Below, piece by piece: positions 1-8,788 of a stretch of DNA of 27,136 nt. This stretch comes from an uncultured archaeon (GTDB lineage: Archaea; Thermoplasmatota; Penumbrarchaeia; JASLWR01): contig CAYSHM010000033.1 of the NCBI GenBank assembly GCA_964430885.1, forward strand, positions 1 to 27,136, read 5' to 3'. How positions within the stretch are numbered: the first letter of the stretch is position 1; each line of letters opens with the position of its first letter. Below the pieces are notes generated by a model. The model was not told the DNA's origin, made no database searches, and saw only the letters and a list, made by a program, of their open reading frames with translations. The translations under genes and the position numbers were made by a program.

Positions 1-52
1 TATATCGATTGAAAAATAATCAAGAACTTGCACAAATTCTTACGAGGAGCCA

Positions 53-60
53 TTTATATA
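53..60 (+). promoter_or_regulatory. Candidate archaeal TATA box (TTTATATA) upstream of the WYL-like gene
   Basis: TTTATATA at 53-60 matches the archaeal TTTAWAWA consensus and lies upstream of the first ORF. The transcription start is not known. Confidence 0.4.
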
Positions 61-151
61 AGCTCTCTTTACTTCTCATCTCATGTAAATATCAATGGTA
101 ACGTCTGCTTTCGCAGATGACTGCCATATCCCGGTTTCAGATGTGATCATT

Positions 152-460
152 ATGGATATGAACCAGAAAAGAGACCTACTTACAAGGTCCATAAAGAGCA
201 GAGGCGTCCTGAAGATTTTCTATCAGGGGGGTTTCAGGGTGATCGAGCCCTGTATACTGGGGATCAATCTTGAGGGAAAGATATCTCTCCTGGCCTATCA
301 GGTTTCAGGCCATTCGAGAAGCGGCATCCCCCAGGGATGGAAACACGTTCCTCTTTCCGAGATCAGACATATCAAGGAGCCAGGATATGTTTTCTACAGG
401 GAAAGGCCCGGGCTCATGAAACAATTGGATAAATTCAGCACCATAATGGAAGGCAATTGA
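152..460 (+). CDS. Small stand-alone WYL-like domain protein
   Basis: Pattern 'I..R..LKIFY.GG.R.IEP..LG....G...LLAYQ..G.S.SG...GWK...LSEI' fits the WYL Sm/SH3-like fold seen in stand-alone proteins. No HTH is present. The ORF track starts at 95, but ATG 152 or 158 is more likely. Confidence 0.65.
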   Translation: MDMNQKRDLLTRSIKSRGVLKIFYQGGFRVIEPCILGINLEGKISLLAYQVSGHSRSGIPQGWKHVPLSEIRHIKEPGYVFYRERPGLMKQLDKFSTIMEGN

Positions 461-563
461 GATTCCCATTGGTTTTAAAAGCATATTTTTATTAAGCATT
501 GAATTATTTCACCTCTAGGCCGATAGCTTCACCGATCTTATCGGCAAGGACAGGTTGATGAAA

Positions 564-1868
564 ATGGCTGAACTATTTCCAGTAATTCAGGTTGCTCTGG
601 ACCTTATGAACCTTCACAGGGCCGTACAGATATGCAGGGAAAGCGTGGAAGGAGGGGTCCATTGGATTGAGATAGGTACTCCGCTTATAAAGAGCGAAGG
701 TTTGGAGGCTGTAAGGACCCTCAAAAAGGAATTCCCAGAGAAGACTATTGTTGCCGATATGAAAACCGTGGACGTGGGAGGATTGGAAACCGAAATGGCG
801 GCAAAGGCAGGAGCCGATGTTATTGCCATCCTGGGCATATCAAATAACGGCACCATATCCGAAGCGGTCAGGTCAGGGAAGAAATACAACTGCCGGATCA
901 TGTGCGACCTTATATGCATCGAGGACAAAGCCAAGAGAGCGAAAGAGCTGGAGGAACTGGGGGTTGATTATCTGGCACTTCATGTTGGTATCGATCAGCA
1001 GATGGATGGTGTTTCACCTATTGATGAACTCAGAACTGTGGCTGAAGCGGTGAACATACCCATCGCTGTGGCCGGCGGGCTCAACAGCGAGACCGTTGCA
1101 GAGGTGGCGGATAACGGAGGGGACATTATCATTATCGGCGGTGCAATTACAAAGGCGGAGAATGTCACTGAAGCGACCAGTACCATCCTCAGAGCGGTTG
1201 AGGAGAGAACGGTCATAGAAACAGCGCTTTTCAAGAAATATTCCTTCGACCAGCTGATGGAGGTTCTGTCCAAAGTATCCACCTGCAATGTATCCGACGC
1301 TATGCACAGGAAGGGTGCAATGAAGGACATCAAACCTCTCGGAGGTGCGGACCTGAAGATGGTGGGTCCAGCCCTCACTGTTAGAACACTTGACGGTGAT
1401 TGGGCGAAACCGGTGGAGGCGATCGAGAAAGCAGAACTGGGAACAGTTCTTGTCATCGATGCGGGGGGCGGATACAAGGCCATATGGGGAGAACTCGCTT
1501 CATGGAGCTCCAAGGTCAAGGGTATTGCCGGAGTGGTTATTGACGGTGCGGTCAGGGATGCCGACGAGATATTTGAGCTCAAATTCCCTGCCTTTACCAG
1601 GAATGTGGTTCCCAATGCCGGAGAACCGAAAGGATTCGGGGAGGTCGGGTGCGAGATAGTGGTCGGCAACCAGAAGGTGGAGACGGGTGATTGGATAATC
1701 GGAGACATGTCCGGAGTGGTTGTGATACCCAAAAGAAGGGCTGTAGAGATAGCCAACAGAGCCCTGGATGTCTACGAGAAGGAGAACCGGATCCGGGAAG
1801 AGATCAAGCGGGGCTCCACCCTTTCAGAAGTAATGTATCTGGACAAATGGGAGACCATAAAGAACTGA
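564..1868 (+). CDS. hxlA: 3-hexulose-6-phosphate synthase (OMP decarboxylase-like barrel) fused to a C-terminal RraA/MenG-like domain
   Basis: HPS motifs QVALD, IEIGTPLIKSEG, ADMKTVDVG, HVGIDQQ and AVAGGL. RraA-like motifs STCNVSDAM, WGELA, VIDGAVRD and GDWIIGDMSGVVVIP. Possible starts are TTG555, ATG558 and ATG564; AGGTTGA just upstream favours 564. Confidence 0.9.
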   Translation: MAELFPVIQVALDLMNLHRAVQICRESVEGGVHWIEIGTPLIKSEGLEAVRTLKKEFPEKTIVADMKTVDVGGLETEMAAKAGADVIAILGISNNGTISEAVRSGKKYNCRIMCDLICIEDKAKRAKELEELGVDYLALHVGIDQQMDGVSPIDELRTVAEAVNIPIAVAGGLNSETVAEVADNGGDIIIIGGAITKAENVTEATSTILRAVEERTVIETALFKKYSFDQLMEVLSKVSTCNVSDAMHRKGAMKDIKPLGGADLKMVGPALTVRTLDGDWAKPVEAIEKAELGTVLVIDAGGGYKAIWGELASWSSKVKGIAGVVIDGAVRDADEIFELKFPAFTRNVVPNAGEPKGFGEVGCEIVVGNQKVETGDWIIGDMSGVVVIPKRRAVEIANRALDVYEKENRIREEIKRGSTLSEVMYLDKWETIKN

Positions 1869-1895
1869 AAGGTCTTTTTTACTGTTGATAAGCGC

Positions 1896-2114
1896 TCAGA
1901 GACCGCATCTTGAATCCGGGCATCCCCTGCAGCAGGAAGGGCGGGGCCCTTTGGAATCCGCTGTGACCACCGGAGCTGTGGACCTGTAGACCCTTTTGAC
2001 CCCTATCTTACCGCATTTCGGACATTCCACACCTTCACCGCCGGATTGACTGGAAGGGAAGAGATCCTGGAACTCGTGACCGCATTCGTCGCATTTGAAA
2101 GTGTAAGTAGGCAT
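1896..2114 (-). CDS. FmdB-family zinc-ribbon putative regulatory protein
   Basis: MPTYTFKCDECGHEF...CPKCG is the FmdB CxxC/CxxC signature, followed by a Cys-rich tail (CCRGCPDSRC). Confidence 0.85.
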   Translation of the reverse strand: MPTYTFKCDECGHEFQDLFPSSQSGGEGVECPKCGKIGVKRVYRSTAPVVTADSKGPRPSCCRGCPDSRCGL

Positions 2115-2266
2115 TTCTATCCATCCTGTAATAGGATGAATGCTATCTCGAATAATAGCTGTTTCTTTTCAAATCCTGCCTCATGCAGAAATAATAAATA
2201 TTTGTGAGGGATTATACGAGGAACAATAATGTTTACATCATTAAATGAGTATTCAAGGTGTATAAT

Positions 2267-3025
2267 ATGGTAGATATTAAGGAACTAGAAGACTTGGATG
2301 TGGTCTGGTCCATGGACCGCAATATCCAGCTGTTATTGGGAGCATTGAAGGATATAAAAGGGGCAGGGGACCAAGAGAAAAGATCGGTCCTTGAGATAGT
2401 CGAGAAGAAGATTGCGGAGATCGAGGATTATTATTACCGGCCTGTTGATTCCAGGGATCTGTATGACGAGTTATCCACAATGTTCGAGGAATTGAGTGAA
2501 ACGGGTAAGGCCGAGGATTACTATGGTCGCATCGCAAAGATGGATTCATCTCTCCTTTTCAACAAGGCAAGGTTGCATAATTTTTTCGGTAACAACAAGA
2601 AAGCAGTTGAGCTCTACAAGAAAGCTCTGGAACTTATGCCTGACTTTGTTGATGCCCAGAAGGGACTGAAAACCGCCGAGAAAAGATATTTCAAATCCGT
2701 GAACCAGCTGGAAAAATTGGAAGAGAAGGCCGAGAAGAGGGACGATGCAAAGGGCTATATTGATCTCGGCAGGGCCCTTGCGGATGTGGGAAGGATGATG
2801 GATGCTTATGATACATATGACATGGCCCTGAGGTGCGACCCCGAAAACGCCGAGGCGTTGGCTAGGAAGGGCGCAATGCTACAGAGCATGAAGAAGTTCA
2901 ACGAAGCGGTTGAACTGTTCCAGAAGGCCCTGTCAATATATCCCAAATCAATGATAGCCAAAAGGGGCATGAACTACGCAGAATATTATTTCAAGAACCC
3001 AGATTCGGATCTGTACCGTGAATAA
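2267..3025 (+). CDS. Tetratricopeptide-repeat protein
   Basis: TPR-like units such as 'AVELYKKALELMPDFVDA', 'AYDTYDMALRCDPENAEALARKG' and 'AVELFQKALSIYPKS'. Alternative start GTG 2258. Confidence 0.85.
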   Translation: MVDIKELEDLDVVWSMDRNIQLLLGALKDIKGAGDQEKRSVLEIVEKKIAEIEDYYYRPVDSRDLYDELSTMFEELSETGKAEDYYGRIAKMDSSLLFNKARLHNFFGNNKKAVELYKKALELMPDFVDAQKGLKTAEKRYFKSVNQLEKLEEKAEKRDDAKGYIDLGRALADVGRMMDAYDTYDMALRCDPENAEALARKGAMLQSMKKFNEAVELFQKALSIYPKSMIAKRGMNYAEYYFKNPDSDLYRE

Positions 3026-3030
3026 ATGTA

Positions 3031-3087
3031 GGGTTCTGGAAACCCGGAAAGCGGGGTCGGGATGCTCAGAAAAGTCCAAAGGGTTTC
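3031..3087. terminator. GC-rich hairpin-forming sequence between the convergent TPR and serpin genes
   Basis: GGGTT(3031-3035)/AACCC(3041-3045), CCCG/CGGG around GAAAG, and GAAACCC(3039-3045)/GGGTTTC(3081-3087) can pair. A terminator role is inferred only from position. Confidence 0.25.
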
Positions 3088-3097
3088 TACTACTCAG

Positions 3098-4369
3098 CTA
3101 AGAGCGGGGGTCCTCCACTTTACCCATGAAGAGTATCTGCCCTGTTTCCTGATGTTCGATTATGAAAACAAAGGGCAGGTCCGCTCTGAACTCTATGGGA
3201 GTGGCTGAAGGCCCGGCGGAGTAATTTCTCATTATCACCGCTGTTGCCGCAGCAGCCTCGGTACCCTCTTCGTCAACCTCCACAAAGGACTGATGGATAA
3301 CCTTGTCGATATATACTGGCTCCGGGGTCATATTGGAGAAGTCCGCAGACGGAGTAAAGGCCTTGGGCATCCCCATATCCATCAACTGATCCTTGAGATT
3401 GTATTTCTCCTCAAGTTTGAACTTCGGCAAATATACATCAACATATTGGGGGGTCATCGTATCCTTCAATGAGCTGAACATATGCTGGTCTAGACCACCC
3501 TCTAGGGAAGTAATATCTCCTGCAGTACCCTTGGAAAGGAGGACATACATGTTTGTGTCCCGGTCCTTATAGGGAAGCTGGAGCATCTGAAAATCCGCAT
3601 TGTCCCCATGTTTCAAGGCCTTGGTCTCATCGCACATATGCATGAATTCAGCGGTCACTGTTCCACCTTCCGACAGATGGAAATCGTCCTCTTGGGTGGC
3701 TTCCTTGTCGAACTGGTAAAGCCAATCCGATTTGAAGTAGACGGCATTTGTCAATATCAGATAGGTGTTCATATCGATGTCCTCTTCAGAGAGCAGATCC
3801 TTTATCTTATCCTGGGTCTCATTCTCAACCCAGCTGTTGATGGTTTCCACCGCCCCGGAAGGATCTCCAGCAAAATCCAATCTGTCCCCCTGGGCAAGAT
3901 AATACTGCTCTATTGCATCAATATAATTCGGTTCCAGCTCACCGCGTTCCGACAGCCAGTAGGAATTGGCGGTTGACAGTGCATAACCGGCCCCAACCTC
4001 GTTCAGCTTCTCCTGGAACTTATTCATCATCACCAGGCGTTCAGTTGAGTTCCATGGCAGGTCCAATACGGATTCCATCTCCCTTGCGGTATCGCCCTTG
4101 GCACCCTCGTAGGCCATACCTAAAGCTGTTGTTATGCTGTAAGGGGAAAAGAACACGTTCTCGGACCCATTCAACAATTCCAGATACATCTCGAATGCGA
4201 ACTCATTGCTGAAGTTGATAATTTCTTGGAAACTGCTGTAAATTACAGTACTCTCAGGATTTCCTCCATCACCATCATTATCACTATTGCCCAGGTTCAA
4301 ACAACCCATGGTGACCAGGGATACAACCGTTATTAGAAGACCCAAATAATTCATTACTGCCCTTCTCAT
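3098..4369 (-). CDS. Serpin (serine protease inhibitor), probably secreted or lipid-anchored
   Basis: Serpin motifs NVFFSPYSI, INSWVENET.DKIKDLL, LTNAVYFK..W, LPKFKLE, hinge EEGTEAAAAT and FRADLPFVFII...ILFMGKV.DP. N-terminal hydrophobic stretch ending TMGC is lipobox-like. Track start is TTG 4384; ATG 4369 or 4354 is more likely. Confidence 0.95.
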   Translation of the reverse strand: MRRAVMNYLGLLITVVSLVTMGCLNLGNSDNDGDGGNPESTVIYSSFQEIINFSNEFAFEMYLELLNGSENVFFSPYSITTALGMAYEGAKGDTAREMESVLDLPWNSTERLVMMNKFQEKLNEVGAGYALSTANSYWLSERGELEPNYIDAIEQYYLAQGDRLDFAGDPSGAVETINSWVENETQDKIKDLLSEEDIDMNTYLILTNAVYFKSDWLYQFDKEATQEDDFHLSEGGTVTAEFMHMCDETKALKHGDNADFQMLQLPYKDRDTNMYVLLSKGTAGDITSLEGGLDQHMFSSLKDTMTPQYVDVYLPKFKLEEKYNLKDQLMDMGMPKAFTPSADFSNMTPEPVYIDKVIHQSFVEVDEEGTEAAAATAVIMRNYSAGPSATPIEFRADLPFVFIIEHQETGQILFMGKVEDPRS

Positions 4370-4562
4370 AAGATCTACCTTCAATGCGAATATATTATGA
4401 TAATGAAATTGTTCTCGGCTATATATAGGAATTTTGGTAGATACGTCGAAATGAGCCTTATGTTCAATGAGGGAGAACTATTGGAGAAAGACCAAAATTT
4501 TTCGCTAAATAATACTGCAGTCTCGCACATATTCACACTTATGAAATAATGCTCCATAAATA

Positions 4563-4587
4563 TTAATTGATTATTGAATTCAATTAA
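4563..4587. repeat. Inverted repeat TTAATTGA-N9-TCAATTAA
   Basis: TTAATTGA at 4563-4570 and its reverse complement TCAATTAA at 4580-4587. Confidence 0.8.
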
Positions 4588-4604
4588 ATATTGTGTGAAA
4601 AAAA

Positions 4605-4642
<38 letters not shown>

Positions 4643-4673
4643 GATTATAATAATTAATTTACTCGACCCCATT

Positions 4674-4689
4674 TTAATTGATCAATTAA
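4674..4689. repeat. Perfect 16-bp palindrome TTAATTGATCAATTAA
   Basis: Self-complementary 16-mer that uses the same TTAATTGA half-site as 4563-4587. Confidence 0.9.
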
Positions 4690-4754
4690 CAATTGATTCA
4701 ACGAACTAAATTGCCAATTATTCTTGCTCGAATGCAGATTGAACATTTAAATCT

Positions 4755-7700
4755 CTAAATATCTATTTTATAAGGATCTTTGCTGTCTCCTTTGCCGGAA
4801 GCACCGGTAGGTGAGGGGTCAGTAGGTATTGAGAAATCATCATCTTCGGGAATCGGGGCCTCCTTGATTATTTCAGGTGCCGACGGTTCTTCCACAGGGG
4901 GTTTCTGAGAAGGTTCATCAGAGTCTATCGTCATATCCTTATTCTCGCCTGGGAGAGATCCTTGGTCCGGTTCGAATTTTCCCACCTCTTCATGTGCCGG
5001 TTCATCTATATCATCGAATATATCCTCGACCTCCTCCTGAGTCGGGCTGACCTTGGTTTCAGGATCGAAATCGGCTTCTTCAGACTCCACGGAAGCGCCC
5101 TCTTCATCCTCGGCAACCGGGACAATGTTTGTGGATTCGAGCGCAGGGGTTTCATCATCCTCAAAAACTATATCCGCAGACTCATCTTCTCCAGATGGAG
5201 TGTCCTCTTTTTTCTGTTCATCCTCTATCTCCTTGTCGAACATGTCCTCCAGGTCATCCAGGGGTATCTCATCTTCCCTCTTGCCGAAACCGGACGGCTC
5301 AGGCAGGTATCTTGTTCCCCTATCATCCTCATCATCCATATCATCCGGAAGGATGACATTGGCGGCTAAACGGGTGTCATCTCCGCTCTTTCCCTTTTCT
5401 AGGCTCTTCTTGTGAGATGAAATATTCTTCCCGGATATCCTCTTGTGGCTCATGTCGCTGGCAAATTGGGTTGGGGCCTCCTCTGCCTTGGAACCCATAT
5501 CTTCACCAGGTTTATCGGACGAGGTTTCGAAGCTGTCAGTATCTTTCTTTTCAGTGGAGTCCTCCTTCACTTCAGCTTGGGAGTCCGGGAACCGATTTCC
5601 GCACTCGGAGCAGAAAAGGGAACCATCATCGTTCATCTCTCCGCATTTGGGGCAGGCGGTGCCTTTCGGTTCCTCCTTTTCACTGGCTTCTTCATCCGCG
5701 GGGGTTTCTTCCTTGGAGGAAGAGGAGGTTTTCTTGACATCCTTTTCTGCTTCCTTGACCTCCTCCTTCTTCTTTTCTTCGAATCTCATTTTCTCAGGTT
5801 CCTTGCCCTTATCCTTTATCTTTTCATCATTGGATCCCTTGGTTTTTTCCTTCTTTTTCTCTTTATCCTTATCCTTTTTCTTCTCGTCCTTCTTTTTCCT
5901 CAGGGATCTCTGTTCTGAAATATGCTTGAATGTGTCATGTACCTCTTCATCTGTGAGCTGTAGGATCTTGTCCCTAGAACCTTTCAACTGGTTCAACATA
6001 TCGGTCCAGAACTCCTTCTCCTCCGGTGTCGAGGCCACATGATCTCCCAGTTTATAGGTTTCTATCTCATCTATGTACGGAATTAGCAGCTGGGGAGCTA
6101 TACCGCAGATGTTCCTGATGAACAGCCTGATCTCTTTTCCTATCTCTGGTGAAGCTTCTTCGCCGGAAAGAATATCCTTCATGGAGCCCCTCAGTGATTC
6201 GGGTCTTCTGAACAATATCTTGTAGAGCTTATCTCGGGCCTTCTTCCTGATCTTCGCATCACCCTCGTAAAGCTGCAGAACCAAGCCCCGGGTCTTCAGT
6301 TCAGCTCCGGAATGGCTCCGGCCCAGCACACCCATTACGAAGAGAAGAAGAAGCAGTACCACTCCGGAGAACAGGCCGAGGAACAATATGGTCCAGCCGG
6401 GTATCCATAGCTGGCTGTAGACGAACACAATAACTACCAATGGAACCAGCAGAGCTATGGACCAGATCTTGCTCCATTTCCATATCCTATGGCCAGGTGA
6501 GCTTTTGAAAGGCATAAGGGGGAAAAATGCAAGGATCAGGGCGCCGTATGCTCCCGGATACGCAATATTGAACCTGACAAAACCATTCTTGATAAGGGCA
6601 AGTGCACCGAATAGGGTTGTGATGGACAGGATGACCAGAGAAATGGATACCACAAATAGTGCACTAAGCTGTTTCCGGGTTCTCTTCCGATATTTCAGAT
6701 CCCCTTCCTCCTGTTCACCCACATCACCCATGGGTGAGTTGAAGAAACTGGAGATGAGGAGAAGGAACAGACCTATAATGCTGGTTCTCCACCTTATCCT
6801 GATGTTTAACTTCTTGGCCAGCCAGAAAGCGAAAATATTGCTAACTGCCATAAGCAGTGATACTATCACCAAAGCAATGGGAATCGCGATGAGCCAGTTG
6901 ATCCATCCTTTCCACTGGAATATTCCACCGTTTATGAAAAGAGAGAAGGCGAATACTGTGACAGAAAAGGCTATAATGAACGATTTCTTAGGTACGCTGG
7001 CGGCCATTAGACCGAACAGGGTCAATGACACGCCGGATTTCTCATCCACCTTTTGACCTGAACGCTGGAAAGCATCGTGGGCCTTCTCCTCGGCCAGTTC
7101 TCCCAGGAGCTTTCTGATCTTGGCGAGGAGCTTGGAGAGCCAACCCTGGCCGCCAGTTCCCGCTGCTCCGCCGGCTGTGCTCCCCGCAGTGCTCCCTGCT
7201 GCACCTCCCAAGGCTGCTCCCGCTCCTGCTGCTACTCCAGTACCGACTATGATCGATGCTGCTGCGGATATGGGATGGACAACCCTCTGTTTCACCGTGA
7301 CATTGATGGAATCACTGGCGTAGCCGTAGGATCCCGTTGCTGAAACATATATCACATAATCCTTTCCATCCTCGGCATCAGAGGTATCCCATTCGACCGT
7401 TTTACTCGTGGCCTTTTCGGATACGTTCTTGATCTTTATCTCCAGGGAACATTTGGACTTGGGTGATCCTGTGGTTGGACAGATGGTCATATAATATGCC
7501 TCAATCACAAGATCAGTAGTACCGCCTGGGAAGGTCACCTCTACCTGCACTATACCCCAAACCTCGTCTCCCTCCTTGGGATTTACTATGGTTGCTTTAG
7601 CTTCCTTTATTGTGATGCTGAAGGGCTGGGATAATCGTCCGTTTGCCTGCACTATTATCTTGCACTCACCCTTTTTGACATTATATGGGATCATCATCTC

Positions 7701-8663
7701 TACCAAAGTGTCGGTCCATATCTCTATAAACTCCTGCTGGTAGACAACCTCTCCCGCGTTTGGACCGAATGTGACAATGGTCTGTATCCAAACGGAACCG
7801 CCCGAATCACCGAAATCTGTGCCCAATATATCTATATTGACATTGGTATAAACCGCCTCGGGAGAAACACCTGTGATCTGAGGCATTCCGGCGAAGGCCA
7901 GTGGGAAACCTTCCGACCGGGTCCCGTTGTAAGTGACAACTACAATATCACCAGCACTGATACCCATAAAAACCGATTGAAATACAGCAGACATATTGAT
8001 TGTGATGACCGTTGCAGTCCACTCACCGGTTGCAAAATAGGAAACATAACCCGCTGCTGCTACAGGACTTGGGAACAGGATCTGTCCGTTCCAGCCTCCG
8101 AAGTTCTGACCGTGGATCTCGAAAATGGCATCGGTGGGGACGCTTGTAACAGGAGAGCCACCGATCATAATATTGTTTATCACCGGACGGGTCTCAACCG
8201 CCAGGGCGGTTCCGGCCATGCTCTGATCACCGTTGGCATCCTGTACAATAACCTCATAGTCGCGTAATGTGATATTGCCGGGAATGGTGAAGTTGATGGA
8301 ATTATCGCTCCAGTCCACTATAGCTGAATCTATCCAGATTATGATAAAATCATCATCCATTAGACCCACACGACCCTTGGTAGCTCCAAAACCCGAACCT
8401 GATAACTGATGACTGGATCCTGAATAGCCGCCAGAAGGTTCAATGAAACTCACATACGGAGCACGGGTTCCCTTATAGGTGCTATCTGTCTCACGGGATT
8501 TTTCTATTCCTGCACTTGACCTGGCCGATTCCATATCCATGATCCCGAAAAATATGGACCCTGCCATTGTGAGAAACACTGCTATAAGTACGAATAAAAA
8601 GGATTTTCGCTTAATAATATCTCTGAAAATATCATCTCCTCCGGTGATGTAGTAAATAGCCAT
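4755..8663 (-). CDS. Large multidomain membrane protein: N-terminal TM/signal, about three IPT/TIG repeats plus an Ig-like domain, Gly/Ala-rich helix, multi-TM M50-like region, Lys-rich segment, double zinc ribbon and acidic disordered tail
   Basis: IPT-like repeats 'L.GSGFGATKG.V...WSDNSINFTIP', 'I.GQNFG...G.I...WTATVI' and 'I.GTDFGDSGG.V...WTDTLV...IP'. Many hydrophobic segments at about 6320-7030. CPKCG..N.....FCSECG. D/E/P-rich C-terminus. The exact start is uncertain. Confidence 0.85.
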   Translation of the reverse strand: MAIYYITGGDDIFRDIIKRKSFLFVLIAVFLTMAGSIFFGIMDMESARSSAGIEKSRETDSTYKGTRAPYVSFIEPSGGYSGSSHQLSGSGFGATKGRVGLMDDDFIIIWIDSAIVDWSDNSINFTIPGNITLRDYEVIVQDANGDQSMAGTALAVETRPVINNIMIGGSPVTSVPTDAIFEIHGQNFGGWNGQILFPSPVAAAGYVSYFATGEWTATVITINMSAVFQSVFMGISAGDIVVVTYNGTRSEGFPLAFAGMPQITGVSPEAVYTNVNIDILGTDFGDSGGSVWIQTIVTFGPNAGEVVYQQEFIEIWTDTLVEMMIPYNVKKGECKIIVQANGRLSQPFSITIKEAKATIVNPKEGDEVWGIVQVEVTFPGGTTDLVIEAYYMTICPTTGSPKSKCSLEIKIKNVSEKATSKTVEWDTSDAEDGKDYVIYVSATGSYGYASDSINVTVKQRVVHPISAAASIIVGTGVAAGAGAALGGAAGSTAGSTAGGAAGTGGQGWLSKLLAKIRKLLGELAEEKAHDAFQRSGQKVDEKSGVSLTLFGLMAASVPKKSFIIAFSVTVFAFSLFINGGIFQWKGWINWLIAIPIALVIVSLLMAVSNIFAFWLAKKLNIRIRWRTSIIGLFLLLISSFFNSPMGDVGEQEEGDLKYRKRTRKQLSALFVVSISLVILSITTLFGALALIKNGFVRFNIAYPGAYGALILAFFPLMPFKSSPGHRIWKWSKIWSIALLVPLVVIVFVYSQLWIPGWTILFLGLFSGVVLLLLLFVMGVLGRSHSGAELKTRGLVLQLYEGDAKIRKKARDKLYKILFRRPESLRGSMKDILSGEEASPEIGKEIRLFIRNICGIAPQLLIPYIDEIETYKLGDHVASTPEEKEFWTDMLNQLKGSRDKILQLTDEEVHDTFKHISEQRSLRKKKDEKKKDKDKEKKKEKTKGSNDEKIKDKGKEPEKMRFEEKKKEEVKEAEKDVKKTSSSSKEETPADEEASEKEEPKGTACPKCGEMNDDGSLFCSECGNRFPDSQAEVKEDSTEKKDTDSFETSSDKPGEDMGSKAEEAPTQFASDMSHKRISGKNISSHKKSLEKGKSGDDTRLAANVILPDDMDDEDDRGTRYLPEPSGFGKREDEIPLDDLEDMFDKEIEDEQKKEDTPSGEDESADIVFEDDETPALESTNIVPVAEDEEGASVESEEADFDPETKVSPTQEEVEDIFDDIDEPAHEEVGKFEPDQGSLPGENKDMTIDSDEPSQKPPVEEPSAPEIIKEAPIPEDDDFSIPTDPSPTGASGKGDSKDPYKIDI

Positions 8664-8765
8664 ATTTTATCTATTAGTAAATATGCTTTGCTCTTCTCTT
8701 CTTGCTTTGATAACCTTTAATGAAAATGGGATAAATAGACAGTTTTCACCAATAAAAAATATATA

Positions 8766-8787
8766 TTATGTCCCATATGGGCAGTAA
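8766..8787. promoter_or_regulatory. Imperfect 22-bp palindrome TTATGTCCCATATGGGCAGTAA, a candidate operator in front of the DUF134 gene
   Basis: Perfect core CCCATATGGG (8772-8781) with symmetric TTA/TAA ends. It follows an AT-rich TATA-like stretch and ends 1 bp before ATG 8789. Confidence 0.45.
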
Positions 8788-8788
8788 C

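Noticed and set aside
995-1756. 253-aa minus-strand ORF and the other ORFs overlapping hxlA
   Set aside because: Antisense or alternate-frame shadows of a well-supported gene, with no recognisable motifs.
4962-8267. Many plus-strand ORFs (e.g. 5443-6042, 6457-7056)
   Set aside because: Antisense shadows of the low-complexity 1302-aa gene. Their Ser/Phe-rich translations mirror Glu/Lys codons and show no motifs.
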